Shown here: positions 13,476-25,137 of the stretch, one piece after another
Numbering within the stretch: position 1 is the stretch's first letter
Layout: each line of letters starts with the position of its first letter
Assembly: GCA_964016885.1 (NCBI GenBank)
Contig: OZ024742.1
Coordinates: 227,106,001 to 227,170,000 of the forward strand
Direction: 5' to 3'
Length of the DNA stretch: 64,000 nt
Source of the DNA: Eledone cirrhosa
Lineage: Eukaryota
Position numbers and translations under genes: made by a program
Notes under the pieces: generated by a model
What the model saw: only the letters and a program-made list of their open reading frames with translations
Told to the model about the DNA's origin: nothing
The model's database searches: none

Positions 13476-13576
13476 TATTTTAATAAATATTTGCTCTACG
13501 GTTCATATATATTTGATATATATTTATCCTTATCGAGCCCTCTTTGGATTTTAGTCTTCAAATTTATTATTATTAC

Positions 13577-13655
<79 letters not shown>

Positions 13656-13802
13656 TGTGTCTGAGAGGGATATATATCATCATCATCATCATCATCATCA
13701 CCGTTTATAGTTCAATGTTTATAGTTGATTAAGAGCACTCAACGGTTCCTGGAGCAATTAATCAATAAAAGTAAGCATTAAAAAACTCTATATGTAATTA
13801 TG

Positions 13803-14090
13803 CATCATCATCATCATCATCACCGTTTTACGTCCGTTCTTCCACGCTAGCATGGGTTAGACGGGTTGTCCTGTTGTGGGCAGTGTCTGGTCGGCTGACC
13901 AAGCCTTGCTCATACAGGAACTGATTTTGGCTTGATTTCTACAGCTGGATGCCCTTCCTAACACCAACCTCATTTACAGTGAGTGCTGGGTGCTTTTTTT
14001 TCCGTGGCGCCTACACGTCCACTCTACAGTGCGGGCTGGGTGCTTTTTTGCTGTGGCACGTCCACGACCACTTTGCAGTGTGAGGGTGTG
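13803..14090 (-). mobile_element. (ATG)n-tailed RTE-related 3' repeat / SINE (many other copies, e.g. 11190-11375, 31133-31357, 41050-41325, 50880-51150, 54890-55400)
   Basis: (CAT)n tail on + strand, conserved ggatgcccttcctaacaccaacc motif and ~50-nt internal repeats ccactttacagtg..ctgggtgctttt. Confidence 0.7.
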
Positions 14091-14171
14091 GGGTCATATT
14101 GTCTATATGCTTCAGTTTGTACCCATGGGAGGTCGGGTACTCTATTACTGCGTGATGCCAGAGGTCAATAA

Positions 14172-14472
14172 ATAGAGAAACTGTGTCTGAGAGGGATAGA
14201 ATGTAGTGTGCGAGAGAGGAGACTGAGGTAGTATGGACATGCGATGCGCATGGAGGATGACCGATGGGTGAAGAAGTGCCAGGAAATGCCAGTTGAAGGA
14301 AGACGTGGTAGAGGTAGACCACGAAAAACATGGACGGAGGTGGTGAGAACAGACCTCGCTGAAGCTCTCGGTGGAGATGACGAAGGACCGTGACAAGTGG
14401 AGAGATGCTGAATAAGACCCGTCCCACCTTTGCAAGCAGGGAAACGCGGACGTAAAATGATGATGATGATGA
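14172..14472 (+). mobile_element. 5'-truncated RTE LINE 3' end
   Basis: Near-identical to the reverse complement of 42345-42655; (ATG)n tail. Confidence 0.9.
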
Positions 14473-14484
14473 GAGAAGGCACAC

Positions 14485-14650
14485 AATTTATTTCAGATGG
14501 AAATCACTTCTACAGGACTAGCATTGTTTCATTCAGTTGAAACTATCATTGTTTTCCTGATGATTTCAACCAAATGATACAGTGCTAGTCCTGTAGTAGT
14601 CATTTCCATCTGAAATAAATTATATATTTCATTGTTATCATAAAAAATAG
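14485..14650 (+). mobile_element. Foldback element, family D: ~64-bp imperfect arms with hammerhead remnant
   Basis: Arms 14485-14548 and 14558-14621. Right arm begins at CTGATGA-T-TTC-aacc..AAT-GATAC (GAAAC in the left arm) and ends with AATAAA. Confidence 0.55.
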
Positions 14651-14739
14651 ACATTAAATGATGATGGTATATATCATCATCATTTACTGTCTGCTTTCCC
14701 TGCTAGCAAGGGTTGGACAGGTCTACATAGACCAAGTCA

Positions 14740-16680
14740 GTATTGACTAACTCTATTACTAAACAACTCAGTTTAAATGGCCATTTCAAAAATACAGAAA
14801 AAGAATTATACCCACTTTGTGAATCAAGAAGTCCCCAACTTGTGGCATGCTCTAAGTGTGGATGGAAGATTTGCCTGCTCCCTTTTCACAAGAAAAGCTA
14901 GCCTCGGCTTTAGGTCAACTCAAGAGCAGTAAGGCCCAGGGACCAGACAACATCTCCTCAGAATTCTTGATACAGTGCCAGCCAAGATTCCAGGCATGGC
15001 TTTATCAACCAAATCATACTGAAGATCTGACAGAAGGCTACTGTCATTGCCTTTCCAAATCCAAAGAAACCTGTAGATGAACCAAAGAACTACAGATCAA
15101 TCTCCTTCCTATGTGTCCTCTTCAAACTTCTAGAGTGACTGGAAGCAATAGTCGATCCACAACTGCCAGATGAGCAAGCAGGTTTTCACCATAGCCGGAA
15201 CACAGTACATCAGATCATCAAGCTGATAATAAGTTTGAAGACAGCTTTGAAAAGGGTTACAAGGCTGGCACTATCCTGGCTGACCTAACTGCAGCCTGTT
15301 ACACTGTGTAGCACCCGAACCTGACAGATGTAACTAAGAACCATTCCTGAATGTATAAAGCATACTAACAGCAGACATGCAGACATAACCCAACTGGTAA
15401 TATATTTCAAGAGCTGGGAATTGAACCTAAGCATCGCAAAAATGACTGCAACAGCATTCCACTTGAATACCAAGGAGCCCAATCACCAGCTCACCATTAA
15501 CCTCTATAGCACACCCCTCCCATATAATGCCACATCAACCTATCTTGTGATGAAATTGGACTGACAGCAAACCTATAGACAGTAGCTTAAGTCTTTACTG
15601 CAAAAGTGTCCATGAGGAACAACATTCTATGCAACTTGGCAGGCTCATGATGGCTTGCTGGCACATCCACTCTATGTACCAGTGCCCTAGCCTTGGTCTA
15701 CAATGATGTGGAGTATGCCTCCCCAGTATAGTGATGGAGCTCCCATACTAAGAAGCTAGATACAGCCCTGAACAACACCTTCAGTCTCATCACTGGATAT
15801 CTCCATCCTATAACTAAATATCTACCTGTGCTCTAAGACAGGCATGTCAAACATGCGGCCCTTTACAAGTACACCTGCGGCCTGCACAAAGGTTTTTACA
15901 GCGCGAGCATGTTTTATCTTTGTAATATAAAATATAAAATATTAGTTGTAATGTGCACAATTAGTTGTCGTGTGTGGCCCTCAGACAACACATATGTGAC
16001 CCATGTGGCCCTCAGGGGACCCTTAGTTTGACATGCCTGCTCTAAGGTATTGCTCTTGCACCACTTCTAGAGAGTATCTCATTCATAGATTAGTACCCAA
16101 GGCTTCAAAAGACCCAATTCATCTGCTCCTTGACATGGCTGAAGATTCTCGGCTACTGGACCAACATCACTTGACATCATACTGCCTTTTCTCTTGTCAT
16201 ACAGCAAAGCTGCGAAACTTACATTCTAACATTCTTCAGACATGGAAAGCTAGCTGGCAACAGACCTCCCAACCTGCCCAACTGAATGTCAATCCTAATA
16301 CAGCCCTGCCTCAAAAGGAGTGGGTGCCCCTAAATTGGCTACACACAGTTGTCAGCCAGTTAGATGCAGCCGTGCACCACTAGGGCCTGCGGCCATCAGA
16401 AGCTTGCTAGTGTGGCTCAACAGGGCAGACTGTGGAACACAAAGTGAGTGCCCAGATCTCTGCCCAACTCAGTGTATGTACCTCACACACCCTAATCGCA
16501 CTACCGTGAATTGGTTGCCGTGCCTGGGGGGATGCACATGATTGTTGACTCTTGAGGTTTCTTGGGTGTTTAAATGATAGGGACCCCAGTCCTATTATGT
16601 TGTTACAGTTCACACCTATGTACATTTAGCCTGTTTTCTACGAGGTTATATCTCATAGGAGGTTTCTTGGGTGTTTTAAC
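14740..16680 (+). mobile_element. Degraded non-LTR retrotransposon, probably RTEX clade
   Basis: Frameshifted RT remnants: KAQGPDNISSEFL, NYRSISFLCVLFKLLE, DEQAGF, LADLTAA. A ~110-bp tandem 3' repeat also appears reversed at 59880-60080. Confidence 0.7.
15839..16039. mobile_element. hAT (Charlie-like) MITE
   Basis: TIRs CAGGCATGTCAAAC/GTTTGACATGCCTG; 8-bp TSD ctctaaga/ctctaagg. Confidence 0.9.
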
Positions 16681-16908
16681 TCTTTTGTTACTATATTTCT
16701 AATGAAATACTTTGTATTTGAATTATCTAATGAAGAATTCAGAGGGATTTACTAAAATTATTGTTTTATTATTAAGTTGGTTATGAGAACATAACTAAAT
16801 TAAGGTTCTTACATAAAATTATGGTGGAAGGTCTTTAGATAAATATAGATACTTTAAAATATACATTTATTTATCATAGAACCAGAGCAACTGGTATCAA
16901 AAGGTTAA
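16677..16908. mobile_element. TTAA-flanked (piggyBac-like) MITE family 2 (also ~27005-27227, 36309-36550, ~55950-56168, 62761-62850)
   Basis: Ends TTAAC(C/T)CTTT...ggtatcaaaa(g)GGTTAA with a shared internal sequence between copies. Confidence 0.6.
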
Positions 16909-17109
16909 AACTAATCCTACCCCCATCATATAATTAATAGATATTATGTGTTGTAATTTTTTAGGTGTGGTTTTAATCTTGTGACTAAAAGATCCAGCTT
17001 AGTTGACTGTAGCACCATCATAAATATATTGAGACCACCTGACCAGGTTATATAGATTAGTTGACATCAAGCTTGAAGGGGTGTAATTGTCATTTTATCA
17101 TAATCAGCA

Positions 17110-17280
17110 TCGCCATCAACACCACCATCACCATCACCATCACCGTAACCATCACCAACACCATCACTAACACCATCACCAAAACAACCACCAACACTAC
17201 AACCACCATCACCACCACCACCACCATCACTATCACCACCACCAACATTACCACCACCATCACTATTACCACCACCACTA
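17110..17280. repeat. Degenerate (ACC/ATC)n trinucleotide tract
   Basis: Directly visible low-complexity repeat. Confidence 0.9.
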
Positions 17281-17699
17281 GTCTCATCTATTTCAGTATA
17301 ATTGGTCTGGATTACCAGTTCTGTCCACTGTCCTACATATATGTCTTTGATGGTCATTAGTTCCATAATCCTTAAATTACATCTAATTACAACTAATTAC
17401 ATCTTCGTTAGTGATGATCCATTCTTCTTCTACACATAACACTTCTCTCCATGTCTTCATACCATCCAAAAACTGCTTTAAATTACAGTTGGAAATTATC
17501 TTGTGATGATGATGATGCTTGTTATTTGGTTATAAATAATATTTAAGGTCAAACTCTACCCAAGTGCTGATAACACTTAACTTCCTGTAATGATATGGTA
17601 GAAAATTAAAGATTGTTAATTCAAATGTTTATAGTATCTTTACTTCAGGACAGATTGTGAATATCTGCAGTATTAGAAGAAAAAAAATGTTTAATGTGC

Positions 17700-18070
17700 T
17701 GTGAATACGATTGCGAATACAAGCAGTTGAAATGAGGTTCCTCTGAAGGATCCTTGCAGTAACATTACTGGATAAAGTGCATAGCTAGGAAATCAGAGAG
17801 TCACTCCAAGTAGAGCCACTACTTCTTCAAATTGAGAAACCACAGCTCCCATACCATGGGCATGTGGTTAGAATGTCTCAGGAAAGAGTCGCTGGACAGA
17901 TTTTACGGGTTAAACCAACTGGCAGGAGACTCAGGGGTAGACCTTGAGCAAGATGGTTGGATGACATCCATGAGCTTGGCTGGTCTCACTTGGGGATTCA
18001 GCCGGATCAGTTGGAGACGGTTGCTTCTGACAGGACCCGCTGGAAGGATTAAGTGGACAAAGAAGAAGAG
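17700..18070 (+). mobile_element. RTE-BovB/Expander-like LINE 3' fragment (other copies ~25490-25835 minus, ~49600-50045 minus, 62855-63165 plus)
   Basis: Remnant peptide IQAVEMRFL...EIRESLQVEPLLLQIE...GHVVRMSQER...RGRP; (GAA)n tail. Confidence 0.75.
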
Positions 18071-18215
18071 CTGCAGCCATAGTGCTGTTTTGGTCTTTTT
18101 AAGAATGTCTTGTGAACAAGGTTTCATGTTAGTTAATTAAAATGTTTAAAGAATCTTAACTAGCTGGCAGGCTGTTGTGAAAAATTTGCAGTATTAATCT
18201 GAAGACTTGAATATT

Positions 18216-18410
18216 TAACCCTTTAACATTTAAACGGGCTGTATCTGGCCAGAATTCTCTCACCTCTTTCTGTTCAAACCGGCCGTAACATGATACTCAT
18301 AGTGACGTTAAAGTATTGTTCTCAAAATAAATAATATCAAAATCTCGTATATTTGATATTATGTGAGATAAAGCCTTGACCGCAAAAATACAATAGTAAA
18401 TATAGAGTAA
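18216..18410 (+). mobile_element. piggyBac-like MITE family 1, interrupted copy (other copies 38104-38713, 39877-40082, 45072-45269, 47658-47873, 56505-56716)
   Basis: TTAA-CCCTTTAGCATTTA ... TAAATGCTAAAGGG-TTAA termini and a conserved ~200-bp body (ggccagaattctctca). Confidence 0.8.
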
Positions 18411-21400
18411 TCATCATCATCATCATCATTTTACGTCCGCTTTTCCCTGCTTGCAAGGGTGGGACGGGTCCTATTCAGCACAGCATCTCTCCACTTGTCA
18501 TGGTCCTTCGCCATCTCCTCTGTGAGCTTCAGCTATCTGAGGTCTGGTTGCACCACCTCTGCCCATGTTTTTTGTGGTCTTCCTCTACTGTGTCTTCCTT
18601 CTACTGGGATTTCCTGGCACTTCTTTACCCAGTAGTCATCCTCCATGCGCATCACATGTCCATACCATTGCAGTTTTCTCTCCCGCACACTACAACTTAT
18701 CCCTCTTATACAGTTTCTCTCTCAACTCATCTATGCTTGGTCGTTCACGGACATTGACATTACACATCCAACGAAGCATGCTTGCTTCATTTCTCTCCAG
18801 CCATCGCATATCCTCTGCAGTTGCTGCCCGTGTCTCACTACCATGCAGCATCGCGCATCTCACACAGGCATCATATAACCGGCCTTTCGTACGCAGGGAG
18901 AAACCCTTCTTTATCAACAGAGGAAGCAGCTCCCTAAACTTCTTCCAACCTGTCCTTATTCTAGATACTATGGCCTCGGAATACCCCCCCCCCCTTCCCA
19001 TGCTAATCTGATCACCTATATACCGGAAGCTATCAACCACTTCTATAGAACCTACCTGCATTTGAAAAATGTGTCTATCACTGCAACTTCTACTGTCAAA
19101 TTTCCCTGTACATCTATTGCATATGTAGTTTGCCTGCTATCCCACTACAACTCTTGTGTACCCAAGATTTGCATTGTGTACATTTTATAGAATTTATGCC
19201 AGCTCCTTTTTGTACATATTGAACATGGCCATTTCCCTGATGGAATCAGAGTTTTGTCCTGTTTTCTATTTATCAACACTTTTGTCTGAGCTAGGTTCAC
19301 TCTCAGTCCTCTTGATTCCAACTGCAGAATCAGTAGGAGCTAGAGAATAAATTCTAACTATGGAAACCATAGTCAGAATTTATTCTCTAACTCCTACTGA
19401 TTCTGCTATAAGAACCAGATCGTCAGCATAGAGAAGTTCCCATGGGCAGCCAGTCTTAAACTCCTCTGCTATGGCTTGGAGGACTATAATGAACAAGAGC
19501 GAGCTGAGGACCGAACCCTGATGTACTCCTACTTGTATCTGGAATTCCTCACTAAACTCCATTCCTACTCTCACTTTACTGACAGCACCTCTGTATATAG
19601 CTTGCACTGTCCTCACAAGCCATTCCTCTACACCTGGTTTCCTTAGGGACCACCTGATGACAGATCGGGGTACCCTATCAAAGGCCTTCTCTAGGTCAAC
19701 AAAAGCTAAGTATAGTGGCTTATTCTTCTCTAAGAACCTCTCTTGTAGTTGTCTCACTAAGAAGAAGGCATCTGTTGTACTTTTCCCAGGCACAAAACCA
19801 AACTGCATCTCATCTAATTTGATCCTTTCTCTAATTAGTTGCGCTAATATTCTTTCTGCCACTTTCATAACCTGATCCATCAGTTTTATAGCCCTATAAT
19901 TGCTCCTCTCCAGAGCATCCCCTTTACTTTTGTAGCAATTTGTGAGAATACTGCTGCACCAGTCTTTGGGTATGACTCTGCCATTTATAGCTTGGTTGAC
20001 GATGCATGCAACCACTTCTGTACCTACTTCTCCTGATGCCTTCAGCATCTCAGCAACTATCCCCGACTGTCCAGTGGCCTTACCATTTTTTATTTCCTTA
20101 ATTTCCTCTTGGACCCTATATTCATCAATCTCAATAGCTGGCCTCTCTGTCGGGTCTACTGGGGGTAGTTCTCTCTCTCCCATTTGCTCTTCTTATTCAT
20201 CAGTCTCTCATAATGACATTTCCAGGCCTCCTTTTTCTGATCATTCGTGACACTAAGTACACCAGCATCATTCCGGACACATTTATCTCCAACAACATTC
20301 TGATTTGCACTGACACACTGCCTTGCAATGTGGAACACCGCACGTCTCTGATATTCCCCTCGCAGAACATTGACAAACCTCCTACTCTCAGCCTCCCTGC
20401 GTGCTAGGTACACCTGACATCTAGCTTCTCTCTTAGCGGCTGTGTACCGGTCTCTACTCCCACCATTTTTCCAAGTGTTGCATACTAGTCTTTTGTCTCT
20501 AATGGCCCTCTCTACCATGCTATTCCACCACCAGGCCACTCTCTGTCTGGTTGGAGCTCTGCTCCAGCCACAAGTTTCTTCAGTAGCCTGCAATAAGTTG
20601 TCACGTAAGAAATTCCAGTTATCATCTATTTCATATGATTCTAAATCGTCTTCTTTTTCGTCATATACATCTTGAAGGGCTTTCCTAAATTTATATTTTA
20701 GTGAAAGGTCTTTTAGCTTCCAGACCTTCCTTCTCCACACCTTCCTGTATGTCTCATTTTGTCTCTTGCTTATTGCTGTGGGAGTACATTCTTCCCCAGA
20801 GTATGCCTTAGTATTTCACACCATCTGTCGGTCTCGCTGCCTAACTAACAAGAAGTCAATTTGACGTATGTATTCGCCTGATTGTAGGATATTAGCTGGT
20901 TGATAGGTTTCTTGAAGTTAGTGTTGCAAATGGTTAGTGCACTTGCATCACAAAATTCAAGAAGCCTCATCCCTTCTTTGTTTCTTGAGCCATAACCGTG
21001 CCCACCATGTACCCCAGTGTATCCATCCTGGAGCTGTCCAACATGACCATTGAAGTCCCCTGCTAGCATAACCATGTCTCTGTCCTCTGTCATTGAGGCT
21101 GTTTCTAAAAGTTGCTTGTAAAAGCAGTCTTTCTCTTCTTTACCTAGGCCCGCCTGGGGAGCATAGGCAGAGATGATTGTCAGCAGTCTCTTGCCTACAA
21201 CTAATCTAATCTTAATTATTCTATTACTGACTCTAACTACCTCTATTGTCTTATCAATCCATCTCTCAGCCAGTAAATGCCTACCCCACCTAACCCATCA
21301 TCATTATCTACCCAGAAAAGCTTACAAGTAAGATGTTTGCCTGCAATTAGTCTTGCTGAGGCACCTCTCCATCTCACCTCTTGCACGCAGCACACATCCA

Positions 21401-21600
21401 CATGTATTCTCACTAGCATCTCCACTATCTCACCAGATCTACCTGTTATAGTGCCAACATTAAGTGTGGCTACTCTGAGCTTCGACGTCTTCATACTCTT
21501 GTTCTTGTTGTATGATTGCTTGATGACGGTCGAGAGGGGGGGGGGGTTTCTCAAACATGGCCGCACCAGCCACCCCACTACTGTGCGCAGCCCTAACATA
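18411..21600 (-). mobile_element. Near full-length but mutated RTE LINE (APE endonuclease + RT)
   Basis: APE motifs LRVATLNVGT, CCVQEVRWRG, LAGDFNGHVG; RT motifs QFGFVPGKST, FVDLEKAFDRVP, GVHQGSVLS, LLYADD; multiple frameshifts; (ATG)n tail. Confidence 0.95.
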
Positions 21601-22190
21601 GTTAGTGTTATTGCTGTTTATGCAGTTGTTGCAATCCTCATTTTGTTGTGCTCATAGTTTTTGGCATTAATATATACTGGTCGTATGCCCTTCCTAACAC
21701 CAGCACCACTTTACAGCATGGACTGGGTGCTTTTAGTCATGCCACCAGCACTAGAGAGGTTGTCTTACTGGACTCGGGGGACCCTCTCCTGCCCTCTATT
21801 TTACAGCATGGACTGGGTGTTTTTATTCATGCCACCAGCTCTAGGGAAGTTGTCTTACTGGACTTAGGGGACTTCTCCACCCCGCACCAATTTATTCGGA
21901 GTGATAGCTCTCCTAGTTCTTCAGACAGAAAAATTGAGTGAAAGCTAACATTTCCGGCTGAGGTGGTAGGGGCCTGGTAGCTAGAGAGAACATATAAAGT
22001 TAGTAGTATTCTGGGTGGTAGTTAAGTGGTCAGCCACCCACACCTCTGCATCAGGGCAAAGCTGTCAGGAGGTTCTGAAAGTTAGAAGGGAGTGGACATT
22101 CAAAGCAAAAACATGTGTTTTTTTTTAGTCCCCTCTCTTTCACCCATAATTGCCTTGGAAATGTTACCTTTTATTCAATAGTAAATATTA

Positions 22191-22221
<31 letters not shown>

Positions 22222-22225
<4 letters not shown>

Positions 22226-22570
22226 CACCCCGTCCCACCACCCCCACCCCATCCACACCACCCCGTTCTATGTAAAGTTATATTGGTGCCGCGCCATCCA
22301 GGCCGAAACAAATGAGATCGTGTAGGTGTCACGACAAAAAAACACACAGTCCACGCTGTAATGTGGCCGTGTAGGCAACACGGTAAAAACCTCCCAGACC
22401 CACACTGTAAATGTGGTTGGTGTTAGGAAGGGCATCCAACTGTAGAAAACCTGCCAGACAGTCCTATACGAGCAAGACAATCACTCTTGCCTCAAGTGGG
22501 AATACCCCCGTCCAAACCCATGCAAGCGTGGAACACGGACGTTAAACGTTGATGATGATGATGATGATGA
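22222..22570 (+). mobile_element. 3' UTR of a second RTE subfamily
   Basis: Reverse complement of ~28648-28990, which there follows an RTE ORF end; (ATG)n tail. Confidence 0.8.
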
Positions 22571-23063
22571 TATATATATATGCAACATTGAAAGAGGAAA
22601 CAATGCCACTTTTATCTTATCTGCTTACATATCAGACTGTAATGTAAATACTAAAGGGTTAATGTGATGTAGTTCATTAGTGGTAACAGTGGTGGTGGTA
22701 GTAGTTGTAGTAATTATCATCATCTTCAGTAGTGGTGGTGGAAGTAGTAGCAGTAGAAGCAGTGGTGGTGGTAGTAGTAGTAGTGTACCCATACGAGATT
22801 GTAAACAATGTTGTCAGTAATAGAAATACATAGGTGTGGTTTTACTTGTTAACAACTACATTTACCTGTTAAGTACTTTATTTTCTCACACCTTTCTACT
22901 ATAAAGGTGTGGTACTTTTTAGAAATTCCATTGATAAATTCTTGCCGAAACAATGAATATACTAATGAAGTAGTTTGTGTGGAATCATTGTTATTTTCAA
23001 TGGCTTCACCTTAGGTACAAAATTATTTTGTGGGTTATAATCGGGTTATAATTGTTATCAGCT

Positions 23064-23612
23064 GAGTCCATCGTGAGGATTGCCTCACCCTCTTCCTTTA
23101 GCCAGGAAGGGCAGGCAGTTTTTATCTGCCTGGTGGCCATGGCGAAAGAGATAGTGTGGTGGACGCATTTGAAAGGGCTGAAGACGAGCACTTACCTCTT
23201 CGGTGATGCCCTGATTAACTTTTTCAAATTTCATTTGAAAAGGAATATCAGAGTAGAGAGGAAAGTGCTCTCTTCCCAGCATTTTGTTGAAAGATGGGTG
23301 AGAGAGGAAAGCATGGCCTGAGTAAATGGGCCTACTCTGAGTATGTGCCTGTAGATTGAAGGTGGAAAACTGGGAGAGGGCACTTGCCCTGGTGATCAGG
23401 GTCACCGTGGCTTTTTTAATGGGCTTTCTCCACGAATGTCCCTCGGAAGTCTCTCCCCTATTGGGGAATTTTTCATTGTTTCTTTTTTTGTTACATCCTC
23501 TGTTTTTTTGTTTTTTTTACATGCAGAAATGCCCATTTGTACCGTCCTGTATTGTCCTTAATGTTTTACTTTGTGTTAACCCTTGTGGTTAATAAAGAAA
23601 GCATTATTATTA
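23064..23612 (+). mobile_element. 5'-truncated Tx1/L1 3' end with (ATT)n flank
   Basis: Peptide AESIVRIASPSSFSQEGQAVFICLVAMAKEIVWWTHLKGL... aligns with the C-terminus of the 31910-35422 ORF; AATAAA then attattattat. Confidence 0.9.
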
Positions 23613-23614
23613 TA

Positions 23615-23794
23615 AAGGTGGTGGATTGGCTAAAACATCCAACAACATGCTTTGCAACATAGAGTTATGTCCCTTTATGGTCTGAGTTCAAATCCCGCCA
23701 AGGTTAACTTTGCCTTTCATCCTTATGGGGTCGATAAAATAAAGTACCAGTAATGCACTGGGTAATTGCTGGCCTTCTGCCAAAAGTAGAAACA

Positions 23795-23826
<32 letters not shown>

Positions 23827-24146
23827 GGGCAGTGGATTGGCAGTATCAGTAGAGTGTCAGACACCATGCTTTGCAGCATAGTTATGGGCTTTACTTTCTT
23901 AGTTCAAATCCTGCCAAAGTTAGCTTTGCTTTTCCTCCTTATGGGGTCGATAAAATACCAGTAATGCACTGGGGGTCGATTTAATCAACTTTCCCTCCCC
24001 TAAATTGTTGGCCTTATGAGTTATTATTATTATTAAATCCCGCTGAGGTTAACTTTGCTTTTCATCCTTACGGGGTCGATAAAATAAAGTACCAGTATAC
24101 TGGGTAATTGGTGGCCTTGTGCCAAACGTAGAAACAATTATTATTC
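23615..24146 (+). mobile_element. Tandem trio of the dominant tRNA-derived SINE (also 26795-26930, 38131-38510, 41566-41757 minus, 43892-44100 minus, 54344-54538, 57519-57725, 59486-59675)
   Basis: A-box TGGCAGTATCGG, B-box GAGTTCAAATCC, central gcctttcatcc..ggggtcgataaa domain, (ATT)n tail. Confidence 0.9.
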
Positions 24147-24854
24147 TAGGTGACCGTCTTTCTTTGTGGGCTCTCTTCAAGAGTGACCCCCAGAGGTCTT
24201 CCGCTATTGAGAAATCTGTTTTTGTTTGATTTTAAATGTTTTTTTTAAAAAGTTTTTGTAACTGTCTTACAAACAATATGTGTTATCTGTATAGATGGCT
24301 GTGTATACTCATGTAAAAGTTTAAAAATTGACTTTTTTAGGTAAACTTCATCGGGGTCAACAACATAGATACTAATTTCAAGGGGTTAAAATTTACACTA
24401 TAATCCAAAATACCATATCAAGGAGCAGAAGCCCAAATAAACTCTAAATGAATACCATTTGTACAGTAGTAATAATTTCTTTATTATTGGCCACAGGGGC
24501 CGAATTTTTACAGTAATAATTGTTTCTATTTTAGGCTCAATACCAACAATTTGGGGAGGGAGAAGGCAATTAAATCAACCCCCATTACTTGATTAGTACT
24601 TAATTTTATTGACTCCGAAAAGAAGAAAAGCAAATTTGACTTTGTGAGTTTATAACTTAGATTGTAAAGAGCCAGAACAAACACTGCTTTACATTTGTCT
24701 AATGCTCAAACATCTCTACCAATCCACTACCCTCAGAAATTATAGCAATAATACCTATGTTTCTCTTCATCAAGTTACTACTACCAAAACATGTATACAA
24801 GGCTGTGTAGCTCTTATAAATATTTCAACTTACATATAACAGGACATTGTAGTG

Positions 24855-25137
24855 TCTGTCTCAAGCCAAAAGGCTCATTAGGCCAGTGCTTATCCTGGTT
24901 TATGGCATGAAGTGATTGGGAGTACAAGTACAAGACTCCCTTCTGGACAGGACACCAGTCCATCACAGGGTTAATCCTCCAGCTATTGCTGGTACTCATT
25001 TTCAGCTGAGTATACAGGAGCAACGTGAAATGAAGTGTTTTGCTCAAGAACACAACATGCAACCCAACCCAGGAATCAAACTCACAACACTATGATCATA
25101 AGTTCAACAGCCTTACCACAAGCTCACGTGCCTTCAC
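24855..25137 (-). mobile_element. tRNA-derived SINE with CORE-like centre (also 27908-28025, 30970-31060, 31385-31528 minus, 52972-53285)
   Basis: gaaggcgcgtgg..agtggtta A-box, gagtt.gattcc B-box, tgtgttcttgagcaa.acactt central motif. Confidence 0.75.

Larger units (their letters stand above)
12439..13570 (+). mobile_element. Large foldback element, family C: ~310-bp inverted arms, internal ~140-bp tandem duplication, ~80-nt tail; probable Penelope-like pseudo-LTR relic
   Basis: Arms 12439-12748 and 13178-13490. Tandem units ~13055-13194 and ~13195-13337. Hammerhead fold plus AATAAA near the outer end of each arm. TA tracts flank it. Confidence 0.7.

Noticed and set aside
17061-17366. Gly/Asp-rich and Thr-rich ORFs
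   Set aside because: Explained by a degenerate trinucleotide tract; no splice or domain support.
22680-22820. Ser/Gly-rich stretch as a RSPRY1 N-terminal exon
   Set aside because: (GTA/GTG)n low complexity, ends in a stop, and has no RSPRY1 similarity.
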